Source: Octopus vulgaris
Lineage: Eukaryota
Length of the DNA stretch: 64,000 nt
Assembly: GCA_951406725.2 (NCBI GenBank)
Contig: OX597825.1
Span: 4,278,001 to 4,342,000 of the forward strand
Direction: 5' to 3'
Part shown: piece by piece, positions 43,011-56,250 of the stretch
Layout: the number at the start of each line of letters is the position of its first letter
How positions within the stretch are numbered: the stretch's first letter is position 1
Notes under the pieces: generated by a model
Databases searched by the model: none
Seen by the model: only the letters and a program-made list of their open reading frames with translations
What the model was told of the DNA's origin: nothing
Program-made: the position numbers and the translations under genes

Positions 43011-45529
43011 ACTCATACGTGAATTATCCAGGTAAGTTCGATTTAAATTTTGATTTCACAAGAGAGACAACTGCCATGACGTGACATCTAAGAGAGAACA
43101 ATAATAGCTGACCTCTGACCCATGTCAGCAGCAAAGATTAACAGAGACTTTCCCGAATATTGTTAAAATCTCATTGAAATGACTTCCACATTTCTTATTC
43201 GGATTTTGAAATTTTCTTAGTTTTTGTTTCCACTTTGCTTTTCCACCGAAAATGTTTTATTAATGAATTTACGATATTAGTCTCTACGCTATTCAGGAGA
43301 AATGCAACAAACACACACACACAAACACGCGCGCGCGAAAACACACGCTCGCACACAGTTAAGCATGCATACACACATATGCACATACACATACTCGCAC
43401 ACACATACACACACAAATAGGCATGCACACACACACACGCACGCACACATACACACTCGCACACATAGACAAACATACATACACACATACTCGCACACAC
43501 ACACACACACACACACTCACATACGCGTGTACGTATGCACACATACACACGTTTATTTATATATAAAAAGGGATTTCATAAATAAGCATAAAAAATGCAC
43601 GGTAATTAAGACCTGAAAGGCTAATCTGAGAGATTATTGCTGGGCAGTATATTCGGAACGACTTTTGTAAAGAGATAATCGACAAAAATGATCTTTAAGA
43701 TCTGCATATTTAGCAGAACAGCAGAACGGCATAAATTTTACAAATCGTTCCCAATATTATTTTACCCGACAGCTGTTTAATTAACATAAATACCACAGAA
43801 CGTAAAAATGGAATCATTATAATGCATTATAAATGTTAATGAATTTAAATAAATAAATAAATGATTTATGTCTAATTCATTTTAAAATATTTACCATAAT
43901 CATGAAGAAAGTTAGTTTATTTTAATCAGTAAAATTATTACCAGTTTAAATATAAAGAGACAGAGAGAGAAAAAAGCTTGGAGAAAGAGAAACAGGGCAA
44001 CTATAAGTTAACTACTTGAAATAGGTATACGGCATCTGCCTATCCAGGAGCATACTCGTGGATGGAAAGTGTAGCTGAACCGGTCACAGATATGTGACGA
44101 AAGATTTCCGGACAATGGATATGAGTTAAAATAAGAACAGTAATAACCGAGTGAAGAACGAATATATATATATATATATATATATATAGTGTGTGCGTGT
44201 GTATTTGGCTAATAATATATTACTTCCTAAATAATTATTATTACTAATAATAAACTACTTCCTAAAGTTTACAAGTCGAAGTTATTCCTCCAGAATTCTG
44301 TTATTGGAGATATTTTTTAATGAAATTCATCGAAGCTGACGGTGCAGTAAACGCATGTCAGGGATATCTGATTCTAAACATATTTTAAGGAATTGATCCT
44401 GAATTATCTGAATGATAAATGTGAATATGAGAAAGACACATAAATCCTTACATCTGAGAAAGTTGCAAATCTCAGATTAAGTCCAAAAGCCTTTAAGAAC
44501 ATTTGTAGTAAGGGAGATGTTTATACCGAGGAGATGTACCGTTAAGCTATTAATAATAAACACATGGGCAGCTTCCTTATCACGATGGTCGATGTGCAAG
44601 AGTATCGGCCGATGTGTTCCTCTCTAATATTCGATTGTTACTTATTCTAGATGTCGCTCTTGAAAAGTAGGGCGGCACTGTCGTATATTCTTCTGGGGCT
44701 GTTGGAAACTACCCGATATTACATCGGACGAGCCTTACTTCAAAAGTGCCTTTAACAATATTTGAAATTCAATTTCAGAGTTCTTTGAATTTGATGAGGA
44801 CTTATATAATTGCAATCTTAAACTTTAATCAGCTGCTTACAAAATTATTTATTGCAGTTAATGTCTCTCAGGCAAATTTCTGGTTCGGCAAAATATTTGT
44901 TCGTGTGAGTCTGTGTTGCTGTGCTTCTTTCTATTGTTGATATCGCTGTAGTTCTTGTTGTTATTGTTATATTTGTTGTTGTTGTCATTGTATTTGTAGC
45001 TGCTGCTACTGGTGGTGCTGCTGTCGTTGCTGTTATTGCTAACCGAATTCCTGAAACTATTGTCCTATTTTTTTTTCATTGATACATCACTTTTAATTTT
45101 TTTTATTCCAATTGAAAATGTATGAACGTTTGCAAAGCATGATGATTCATATTCTGATTTTCTTGTTTACTGTCTGTAGAGACATGATTCTTATAGTTTC
45201 AGAATTTTGTGGGCGTTCCCGGTCGTAGAAAACATTTTGTTGATTTATGAATGAAACAAATAATCTCTTGCCACACTAAATTCATCTTTTCTTTTTCTTT
45301 TTTTCAGAGACAAGTAAAAAAGTATGCAAGAATGAGCATAATTTTCCTACATATAAATAACACAGCATGAGCAGTTTTCAACAAAAATTCTTCTCGGGAT
45401 TTCCAAGTCCCGTGGCACTTAAAATATTACAAAATTTCTCTTTACAGGCAAAGAAGAGTAATGAGGTGAGAGGCAGGGGCAGAAATGCAAGAGGAGAAGA
45501 GTGAACCCATGAGAATTTGTCTTATTTTG

Positions 45530-45725
45530 TCACGAAGCTGGCAATTGTAAATGGAGGGTGTTAGTTGATACCATTCACCTGACTATTTGTTTGTTAGTTT
45601 CCTTTATTGACCTCGGATGGGTAAAAAGCAAAGATGAGCTAGGCGGTATTTGAACCCAGAATCTAAAGATACAGAAGAAACACTGCAATGCACACTTTCC
45701 GACTTTCTAACCAGTCTGCCATCCT
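45530..45725 (-). mobile_element. Degenerate family-A SINE
   Basis: TTTATTGACCTCGGATGGGTAAAAAGCAAAGATGAGCTAGGCGGTATTTGAACCCAGAA. Confidence 0.7.
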
Positions 45726-46612
45726 TTTATCTTTATACACCGAGGAAATATTCACTGGTAACCCGTTTCACTTCCCTTGGAATGAAAATCGAAAGTAACA
45801 TTATTGTGATTTTGACTCAAAATTATAAGTCTGCAAACAAATATCATATTATATTTTGTCAAATCTTCTAATGGTATTTTCAATCCAACGCGAGTTAAAC
45901 ACTAAAAATCAGAAAGAACGTTGTAGGAATTGTTAAATGCTTGTAAAATTTACCGAAACCTGATACATGATTAACAAAATCAAGCTTTGCAAGTTTCGAA
46001 CTCAGATCGTAAAAAACGTAACTACAATCTAAAGCCTTTAATTTTCCGTCTTCCAACAATTCTGCTATGTACCACGATTATTAGACACTTAATATATTCC
46101 ATTCACACAAAGAATAATAAAATATAGTGTAGAATATGAGTCTTAAATTGTTAATGTTTCTTTATTATGACGCAAGTATCGTAATTACAATACAAAATCT
46201 GTTATCAATGTCTTGTCTGCTGTTGTTATATTTTGTTAAATCTGCATATTCGTTCAATAATCAATACTCTTGTTCTTTTTTTTTTACCAATATATTTATA
46301 TTTCTCTATGACATTTTTTTCATATTTTTCTTATTTTGTTTTATTTTAAAGCACATTTTCATTCAATTAATATTTCTTATTCGCTTTCTTTTTTCCAGTC
46401 ATTTATTGATCAGCAAATGTTTATCACTGGTATACTATGTTTTGTTGAAGAGACTTGCTAGTTAAATCAGTGCTAACTTGTTCATCAAATGAATCCAATA
46501 AATATTTCTTTGTTACAATGCTAGCGGATGCACTTAAATGGCTTTCACTACCACTTCTATACTAGACGTTGGGCTGTCTACTGTGAATGTGGAGTTTTAA
46601 GTTCGTACTTAC

Positions 46613-46813
46613 ACTTTAGGACACAGTCTCGGTGTTGGTTTGTTGTCTCGAGGTCCATGAAAACTTGAACATCCATCTTAATCCGTCCCTTCACTCGCAG
46701 AGACACCGTGTTGATTTCTTTTTTTACAATAATCTGCACTTTGCTTTTCTCCCGCTCCCATTCACTGTCAATCCCATTTTTGTGCTTTGGGTTTGTTCCT
46801 GTTTGTTGGTGAT
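46613..46813 (-). CDS. Candidate coding exon of an unidentified host gene (201 nt, phase 1-1)
   Basis: Bounded by ...TGTCTCAG| and |GTAAGT. One frame is open throughout: HQQTGTNPKHKNGIDSEWEREKSKVQIIVKKEINTVSLRVKGRIKMDVQVFMDLETTNQHRDCVLK. No protein family recognised. Confidence 0.25.
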
Positions 46814-48800
46814 CTGAGACAGTAGCATCTAATGGAGCATTTTGTAATCATCTGAATTGATGTTTATGCATCCCTTCTCTTAACTATTCTGGGGATAGAA
46901 CTCTTCCAACTATACTTTCTTACGTAGCAACGTATCCCAATTGTTTATCTAGCACTGGGGAAAATGTCTTAAATGGTCTCAAACTCTTCTAGTGTTATAA
47001 GGTGATATGCGCGCATTTGACTCCACCTAATGACATGCAATTCTATATGTCTGAGCACATACTCTACTACAAAGGATCGAATAAATCGAAATCAATGCCG
47101 TTTACATCATCCAAAGTACAAGACTTGTACTTAATTTATCGACCACGGAGGAATGAACGGCAAAGCTGACACCAGAAGGATGATGAAGATGAAGCTGGGG
47201 GATAACAATCTTCTAATATATATTAGAGAACATTAGCATATATAAAATCATTGCCAATATATCTCTAGTTCGATTAACAGGAAGTAGGTCGGCATGGCAA
47301 CTAAAAAGAACATAAAAAATAGCTCAAAACATAACAGATCATAGGCTAACTTTTAACAACAACTATAACGTAATGGAATAATTTTGAAATATCATGTACA
47401 GAATGTTGAAAATGTTGGATCTTAAAATAACGGGGTGTATCACCTTTTCCCTGCCAGAAGATATAAACTTCTAGTTCAACTTTGAAGGAGATTCATGGAC
47501 GTTTATATCTGTATAAAACACAGCGAATGACAACGATATGCCCAGTCAGATTTAGAATTTATTTGTCCAAACTGAGAGGCACATCAAAAGGAATGGACTA
47601 AAATTATCAACGGATATATTGAATTTATCTCTACACGACATCTCTTTCTCTTCTGTATTAAAATAAAATTGGAAACGATTTCTAAATCTGTGTGAAAGTT
47701 CACTAAACAAGCTGAGATACAGTACTGTAAGAATTCTACGAAGAGAATTTGAAGTAGGACATATGGTGTAAAACTATAAACGAAAGCATAAATTATACTA
47801 CAAAAGCAGATCTTCTGCATACATACGTGTTAAAGGCTAGTAAGACCATTTAATACATGGCCACAACTCAAGCTGTAAATACACACACACAGTCGCACTA
47901 AGGTTATAGACATATCCTATTGCAAAACTACCTAAAGAAGTAAATAGATATACCGTTATATAATAATTATCCGAAGCTGTAACAACAGCAGCTTACCCAG
48001 CTCTCAGTCAATAGTATTACAACCTATTAATACTAAGCAACACACAAATCACATACTCTAAGTATTCAGTAACCGATATTAAAACATGTAATAACAGTCA
48101 TGCTGCATATACGGAAGAGGAGCAGCACACGACTCACACTACGCAAATTCTGCACAACAGGGGAACCATTTGAATAATACCAGAAACGACAAGCCTGATC
48201 CTTTAATAAAATATATCGGATTTAATATACAAATGTATTTCTACGTACATAAAAGACAATACTTCACACACATGTGGAACACCAAAGTACATCTGCTTAT
48301 GTAGTAGAAACTCGGACAAAACTGTTAAAATATATAGACAAAACTGATATGGAAATATATAGAGATATAAACAGAAAGTCGTTTTTATCATTCCTTTCCT
48401 GTTTGTTAATGTGATTTTGTTATTTTATTGATATTTTTGTTTTACTATTTGTTTAGTTAATATGTAATGGTGCTGTCTGCTTGATTTATATCTCGCTATA
48501 ATCAAGTTGACTTTGATTTTCAAATGAAAGACCTTATACTGTTGTTTATTTTGTTGAGTTATATTTCCGCCATTTCAAGTCATATGTTTTAATGTAATTA
48601 CCGAATTTTTGATCGTCGCTGGCAATTTCTTGTCGCACACAGAGTTACACAGTTGTGCATATGTTATGACTTACATATAGACACTGACACACAGATGCAT
48701 GCATCCATACATTCTCATACACATACAAACCCATATGTATATGCATGTATGTACGTATATACAAATATACGCTACCATACATATATATATATGTATATAT

Positions 48801-48837
<37 letters not shown>

Positions 48838-48858
48838 GATAGATAGATAGATACAAAC

Positions 48859-48889
<31 letters not shown>

Positions 48890-48890
48890 C

Positions 48891-48954
<64 letters not shown>

Positions 48955-49507
48955 TAATATATTTATACAGAGAGAGAGGGGTATAGATACAGAGATCAAT
49001 AGACAGATATCGATATGCGAATTACATATATATTTTGTTTATGAATGTGTGCATGCATAAATGGAGAAAGAGCAATTTCGTAGATAAATATCTAAAATAT
49101 TGTCCATGACTAACTTAAATAAACAATTTTAACACGGCTGTTAAAAGAAGCAGTTTAGTTAAACTATACGCTTATTTATCCAGAACGGATATTTATTCAG
49201 ATGAAGATCTCGACTGGTTTCGTCTGCACTGTATACGCCTAATTAATGTTTACATCGACCAAACTATCGCTAAAGACCTTGTAAATACGCAGTTATTTAA
49301 GAAAGCACGATAAACAACAGCTTCTCGACCAGTGAATTAGTTGGATTATTTTACTGTAGCAAAATATTGTGTTAGATTGGAGTAAATACTGGAATCTCTT
49401 CTTTACTACTGTGTTTAATACTTATATAGTATCTATTGCTATTATTATTATTATTATTATCATTATTATTATTACTATTATTATTATTATTATTATCATA
49501 TTCCCAC

Positions 49508-49730
49508 GGACATATGGCGTAGTGGTTACGAGCGCGGGCTACTAACCCCTAGATTCCGAGTTCGATTCCAGGCAGTGACCTGAATAATAATAATAACAAT
49601 AGTAATAATAATAATAATTACAACAACAACAACATCAAAACTACCTTAGGAATGAGAACCCCGCTTCGAAATTTTCCCTAAACAGCTGATGAGGACAAAT
49701 ATCCATCAATTGTAAATAATGTAAATAATT
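49508..49730 (+). mobile_element. tRNA-headed SINE (family D) with hammerhead-associated tail; ribozyme deleted
   Basis: A box TGGCGTAGTGG (49515-25), B box GAGTTCGATTCC (49558-69) and an internal (AAT/AAC)n. Then CTGATGA is fused to GGACAAATATCCATCAATTGTAAATAATGTAAATAAT, which matches 26940-26976. Confidence 0.8.
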
Positions 49731-49772
<42 letters not shown>

Positions 49773-50069
49773 TATAGGTTTTCTTTCGGTTTCCTCGTAT
49801 GTCTCCACTGTCCTGTTTTTGGTCCCGACTTTGACCTTCCATTAATACCAAATATTATTTTGGTACTTAAGGAAGCACCATCTTCGAAGACTCATATTAT
49901 AGTCCAATGCTCGAAATGAGGAGTAGATAGACAGCCGACAACTGGTGGAGCGTCTTCTTTATGTTACTTGTCCTGTTTTCCATTTGTGTCTCTCGTTGTT
50001 TGCGTATTGCACACATTTATTTTAGTATTTCATGTTGTTTACTGTTTGTGACGTCCTGTATGTGTATAT

Positions 50070-50106
<37 letters not shown>

Positions 50107-50109
50107 CAG

Positions 50110-50271
<162 letters not shown>

Positions 50272-50279
50272 GAGAGGGA

Positions 50280-50468
50280 CTATTGTGTCTGGGGAGAATC
50301 ATTCTCTTTTATTGAATTGTAATTTAACGCACTCACCAGTAAAATTTTCACTCTTTTATTTAGTTTTCCAAAATTTTCGTTGCGACATGCAATCTTTCCA
50401 CTAGTTCACCGTTGAGTGTGTTAAATTATAAGGCACTAAAAAAGAATGACTCTCCCCAGACACAATAG
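50280..50468. mobile_element. Second foldback element with a hammerhead-like centre
   Basis: CTATTGTGTCTGGGGAGAATCATTCTCTTTT...TAATTTAACGCACTCA pairs with TGAGTGTGTTAAATTA...AAAAAAGAATGACTCTCCCCAGACACAATAG. Confidence 0.88.
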
Positions 50469-50594
50469 AATAAACTTTAACACACGGACTTTGTGCGTTG
50501 TTTACTAATTCATGGTGATTTTGTTGTTAAACTTTATCTTTGAAGTACTTTTTCCTCTCTTCTTGTGAAAAGAATTAAAAACGTGTAATTATTG

Positions 50595-50800
50595 ATATAA
50601 AATTTTGACTCGAGGCCAGCAATTTCGTGGGAGGGGCTAAGCCGATTACATTGATCCCAGTTCTTGACTGATATTTAATTTGTCAACACCGTAATGATGA
50701 AAGCAAAGTCGACCTCGGGGGAATTTAAACAGAGAACGTGAAGTTGGGTTACATGCTCTTATTCATTTTTGCTGCAAACAATTCTGCAGCTCGTCCCCTT
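50595..50800 (-). mobile_element. Family-A SINE
   Basis: GATGAAAGCAAAGTCGACCTCGGGGGAATTTAAACAGAGAACGT. Confidence 0.8.
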
Positions 50801-51079
50801 CCAGCATGTGAATATTAATAATACTAAATGGAAGTTATATTGATGAATTCTGTCTTTAAAGGTTTTTGGTTTAAAACATCGTTACATCAACTCCCGTTGA
50901 GACCTTCATCTTCGGTTTCGTACTATAAATTTAGTTTTTGTTGTTAAATATCATCCAGGATTTTAGTATCTGTGGCCTTATTTAAGATAATACATGTTTA
51001 TTAAGGGCTTCGAGAAACGCATGCGTAATGATATACGGTACACTCTAAATATTTTTAATATAACTGTATGTTATATATT

Positions 51080-51452
51080 GATTTCAAAATTTGGCACATG
51101 GCCGGAAATTTCGCGTGAGGGGTTACATCGATTGCATTGAGCCTCATACGAAAGACGTATTTATATTATTGACCGCAAAATAATAAAAATCAAGGTCAAC
51201 ATTGGCGGAATTTGAACTCAGAACATGAAGATGGACGAAATGTGTGTAAGCATTCCCCCCAGCGTGCTAGCTATCCTACCACTTCGCTGCCTTATGTGCA
51301 TCGTATATGTATTTTTTCTACTCTAGACACAAGGCCCGAAATGTTTGAGGAGGGTGCCAGTCGATTAGATCAACCCCAGTACGCAACTGGTATTTAATTT
51401 ATTGACCCCGAAAGGTTGAAAGGCAAAGTCGACTTCGGTTGTATTTGAACTC
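51080..51452 (-). mobile_element. Two family-A SINE copies (about 51080-51293 and 51315-51452)
   Basis: GGCGGAATTTGAACTCAGAAC and ATTGACCCCGAAAGGTTGAAAGGCAAAGTCGACTTCGG. Confidence 0.85.
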
Positions 51453-53042
51453 ATAACTAACCATTGTATAGAATATGTTTCTGAAGCAGTATTTACTTAA
51501 AACAGTGGTCACGCTCTTAACCTCACCTTTAGCGACGATAGAGAATTCCATATTCACAAAGTTTCGAATGGTTTCATCTGCGATTGTCATGAAATACCAT
51601 ATTCTCAAAAGATTAGTCCATAATACTTGTTGTGTCCAACGATAAGTTTATTGCTGTATTATTATTTAATCATAGTTTTACTTTTCGGAGGTGGGTCCCT
51701 TAAGATTTGTATCTGAGATCGAGGTTCCTTTTGTTTTTGGATATGCTGGTAGTGTCTTTTGTGTCCATCTCTATCTCGGAAAACCCGCTGTCATCCCTGA
51801 ATGTGCTTGTTTTTTGGTGGTGGGTATTTCATGTTACTGTGAACGTGACTTTGTACCATTATGATAAATTTTTATTACTTGCCGCTTCGTCTTCGTTATC
51901 ATAGTGGTAATTGTGACCCCGCTCGCCTAGATTTCTGCACGAAGCAGCAACAAATCTTGGCCCCACTGAGACTCAAATCACGTCTAAAATAATGTTAGTA
52001 ATACATCTATGAACTAATGATTTTAATGCAAACAGGAATAATCGAAATATTTGGCGTCAAAATTTAAATATGTGAAGATATAATAGCGAAAAAAAAAAAG
52101 GGAAGCAGTTATGCGTTTAACCAGGTATAAGTTCCATATATTTTATTTCGTTCAGGCATGTCTCCGCCAATTTCATGGCTCACCACTCAGTATCGTATTC
52201 GAAGATATCATTATTAAATTATATGGTAAATTCAAAAGAAGAGATTCTAAAATATGATCAGAGTCACTTAACATTTTAAAATCATCTTTGCATTATTCTA
52301 ATACCCAGATAAAATGCTTATTTTCTTTTAAATTGAACCTACAATTACAACGTAACAATCTGAATGGCATGTAGAATACCGCCCACATTGAAATGATCGC
52401 TGGAGATCTTTTGATTTTCATTCACTGCACAAGAATTAGCGATCGATCTGAAAATCATAAATGATAGATTTTATGTCTAAATGCTGTCAAGCATTTGGTG
52501 TATGTGCTTAAGAGGTCGACTACTGCACGCTGAGTTCACGTGACAAAATTTTAATTTGCTGAAATTATAGAAATTGACTTTAATAAGAAAGCAATAACTC
52601 AGTGACCCGCCCACCTAAGTTTCTAGTACATTCCAAACATTCTTCTCCCATTTCCTCGGAAAGCAATATCTGAAATTGAATCTGAACATAATTAAACAAC
52701 ATAAAACTTTCAGTAGTTTATTTTAAGTAACGGATTCAATTACTAATCAATGTTAGAGCAAACATTTAAGATGAGACATTCCCTAAGGGGGACGAAAGGT
52801 GACCGAGACGTCGGCAAGGGTAAGTGGTAATTGTGCCATTGTGAGTTCTCATGTTATATATCAATATCTACATCAATATGTGTGTGTCTATGCACACATA
52901 TATAGCTACATACATATATACATGCATAAGTTCTTATAGTGATATATACATATATATATATATGTATGTATGTATATATATATATATATTTGTATGTATA
53001 CATGTATATATATATATATACATACCTATATATTTATATATA

Positions 53043-53093
<51 letters not shown>

Positions 53094-53269
53094 ATGTGTA
53101 TATATATATATACACGTACTCACATGCACTCACACGCACATACATATAGACATAGAGAGAGAGATAAAGAGACAGAGAAAGAGAGAGATGTTGGGACTCA
53201 CGTATGTATATCGTACTATATCTTTTAAAACATTCGCTTCTCTACTATTATTTTTGTTTTTTGCTTTTC

Positions 53270-53652
53270 TTTCACTTGTTTCAGTCATTTGACTGCAGCC
53301 ATACTGGAGCACCGCTTTTAATTGAAGAATTCTACCCCAGGATCTATTCTTTGTAAGCCTATTTCTTATTGCATCTGTCTCTTTTGCCAAACCGCTAAGT
53401 TTCGGGGATGCAAACACAACAACATCGGTTGTCAATCGATGGTGACAAGCGTGCGCGCACACGCACACACAGACACACACATACACACACAAAACAGTCT
53501 TCTTCTACTTTCCATCCACCATTTCCACTCAGCAGGCTTTGGTCATCCCGAGGCTATAGTAAATAAAACTTGCCGAAGGTGCCACGCAGTGGGACCGAAC
53601 CCGGTACCATGTGGTTGTGCAGCAAGTTTCTTACCGCACAGCCATGCCTGTG
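53270..53652 (-). mobile_element. Full-length family-B tRNA-derived SINE with internal (TG)n
   Basis: Minus-strand head CAGGCATGGCTGTGCGGTAAG (A box)...CCGGGTTCGGTCCCACTGCGTGGCACC (B box). The 3' half is shared with 34430-34590, 35805-35990 and 62155-62212. Confidence 0.88.
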
Positions 53653-54550
53653 CCGACCTCTCCTCTTCTCTAGCCCCAGGCATATGCAAAGAAGGTTGCT
53701 TCATATGAATGGAGAAGCATATATACGTAACTTGATATGCTACAATCAGCAGATAAATAGCCTTCAAATCACCATCGATCGACCTCTAAACTCTGCAATA
53801 CATTTAATTTTGGAGACCTAGATGAACATAAACGTTGTACGGCTGGAATGCTTTTGCCCACAGCCCTCCACGACTACGATAGACTTGCAATTTTTTTTTG
53901 TCATCCACCTCCAACCAATTAGATTTAGATTGCTATAATTAATCAGTTGCATCTTCTACTTTGCATGGCATTCATTATCCATAATTAGTATTTTATCGCT
54001 TCTTCATTCAAGTATAATTCGTGCTTATAATAACACTGGTCAACAAAATGAAACTTTTTTAATCATCAGAGTTGGTGATTGACATTTTTGGATTAATTCT
54101 TGATGCTGTGGCTGCTGACCAGTGACATCTAAAACTTTATTTATTGCTTAGTCAAAATTATAGGTTAATGATTATTTCACCTACAAGTTTCAACTTTCAA
54201 ATATGATGTAGTTTCGCAAGAGCTGGAAAAAGCGGTGTTTAACACAATGAATCTTTCTAGCTGTTCCCCCAAATATTACAACCGGCCATCCTTGATCAAC
54301 AGTTACCGATTGTATTTAAAAAAGATTCACAAAGCTCTTCCCACACGTGCAATCCTTCAGATAGTTCGAAATATATTTGACAGTTATACAGGCTTCCGAT
54401 GATGCTTTTCTGAACTCTGAACTGTTGTTGTGTGTGCGTGTATGTGTGTGTGTGTATGTGCTTGTGTGCATGTGTGTAGTGTTTGTGTGTGTGATTGTGT
54501 GCATATGTGTATATATATATATATATATATGTGTGTGTATGCGCGCGCGC

Positions 54551-54585
<35 letters not shown>

Positions 54586-54629
54586 TTCTTGACATTTGTG
54601 AGCAGTTTTATTTCAGCAGCTGATGTTTC

Positions 54630-55220
54630 AGCCGTATAGAAATAGCTGCTAAACTAGGACTGCACCCAAATGTTAAGAGAACGGAATACATGTCTTTCAA
54701 CCAATCAAGTGATGCTGAACTGTCTCTTTTGAGCGGTTCTAAACGAAAAGTTGTTGGATATTTCAAGTACTTAAGTGACTGGGTGATCAGTTCGGAAGCA
54801 GACATCAAGATCAGGAAGGCACAAGCACGGACAGTCTGTCAGAAACCGAGGAAGGCCTTGTACTTCAAACTGCCCAGCCAAATCCAAATCAAGCTGTTCC
54901 TTGTGGCTGTCAAGTCAGTTCCATTACATAGCATTGAAACATGGACACTGACAAAGAAATTATTATTCGGGCTAAATGAATGCTACACAGTGATGATACT
55001 AATGGCCCTTAATGTGAAATGGCAGCAGCATATAGCAAAATAATGCCTTTATGAAGACCTGCCAAATGTTTGCGAGATTAAGCAATGATTACCTAGTCAC
55101 TACGCGCGCCACCTTGATGTGAGGGAATCCAAATTAATCTTGTGGAACCGACTTCATGGAGATTTAAGAAGATGGAAACTTCTTCACACTTACATCGACA
55201 ACTCGATTGCAGACGTTGTC
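54630..55220 (+). mobile_element. RTE/RTEX-type LINE fragment (RT C-terminus and thumb)
   Basis: AAKLGLHPNVKRTEY...VGYFKYLSDWVISSEADIKIRKAQA...IKLFLVAVKSVPLHSIETWTLTKK...YTVMILMALNVKWQQH...SKLILW...TYID matches FxYLGS...ESVLLYGxExWTLT. Confidence 0.88.
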
Positions 55221-55384
55221 CTAGAGTGTATCCCGGACTTCGGGGCAGTGAAGATGGACTGACTCTTGGCGGGTATACTTTGTTGTTGTGCCTTGGAGTG
55301 GAACTGGTCAGAATAAAATATGCATGTAAGTACGAAATAAAATACATAGGTTTCCCAATTACAAGTTTAAAATATCTTAAGACA

Positions 55385-55932
55385 TTAATAGAAGGGCATT
55401 GCGGCCTGACACAAATATAGAATTGCCATACAATAGCAACAGTTGGACTAGAAAGATGTTTAGTAACAAAATGGCGATGGCTACTACATGTCATAAAGTA
55501 ATGGAAAAAAAAGAAAATGCCTTTCTATATACACAAGTTGTCGACAAAATACAGAAAAGATTCGAACGACACTGGTATTCTGAAGTCAGAAGACAACACA
55601 AACGAAATTGTCAAAGAAACAAAAAAAAAAATAACACCATAAAAAAAGAACTACATAGGAAACTAAAGAAGACATTGAAAGAAAAATCTGTCCTTCCGGC
55701 GAGGTTTGATAGAGAAGAAGTGAGCGAAATCGAAAGTCCCCAATAGCTGAAAAGGTCTAGACTAAAAGCAGAAATGGAAGGACTGATTCTCGCTGCACAA
55801 GAGCTCTGCTTGACCACATGCACTGTAAAACCGAAATAATGAAAACCAAAGACCAAATACCAAATGCAGAATGCACAACCAGGAGAATGAGACAGTTGAC
55901 CACATTATCTCTGGTTGTCCAGTAATTGCCCC
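55385..55932 (+). mobile_element. Third R4/Dong-clade fragment (post-RT linker and CCHC knuckle)
   Basis: GHCGLTQI, Q*LKRSRLKAEMEGLILAAQELCLTT and KCRMHNQENETVDHIISGCPVIA match WL...LKxETEGxIxAAQDQ...CRxC...ETxxHIxSGC. Confidence 0.88.
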
Positions 55933-56250
55933 ACCCGTATACAGTGCCTCTGTAAGGAACCACACTTCCACTGAACCATATTGTCTCCCTCGTGTGAGGA
56001 AAACAATATCAGTCCAAATACCCTTCAAACATTTTTTTACTTGGAGGTGTGGCACATTAAAGATTTTCCTCGTCTTTAGTGACACACATCTGTAAACGAT
56101 GCTTCTTCTGACCGTCTTCTCCATAAAATCTGAACGGATAGCAAGCTTGCTTTTCCCCATTCCCTCTATCGAGGAGTCTTTCTGCTTCACCCATGTTCGC
56201 ATGTTTTCTTTCCAGGGAGATTTGCTCCTGAAACTTAATTACTCCAGAAA
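55933..56250 (-). mobile_element. Possible LINE ORF1 (Tx1/L1-like) fragment
   Basis: A stop-free, non-repetitive segment (SLKTRKIFNVPHLQVKKCLKGIWTDIVFLTRGRQYGSVEVWF) abuts the Dong fragment. The resemblance to cephalopod LINE ORF1 is recalled, not verified. Confidence 0.35.

Noticed and set aside
42972-43037. Plus-strand exon ending CCAG|GTAAGT
   Set aside because: Weak acceptor and overlaps the diverged tandem repeat; not supported.
49508-49580. tRNA gene (anticodon ACT)
   Set aside because: Acceptor and T stems pair poorly and the sequence continues into a repeat body; treated as a SINE head.
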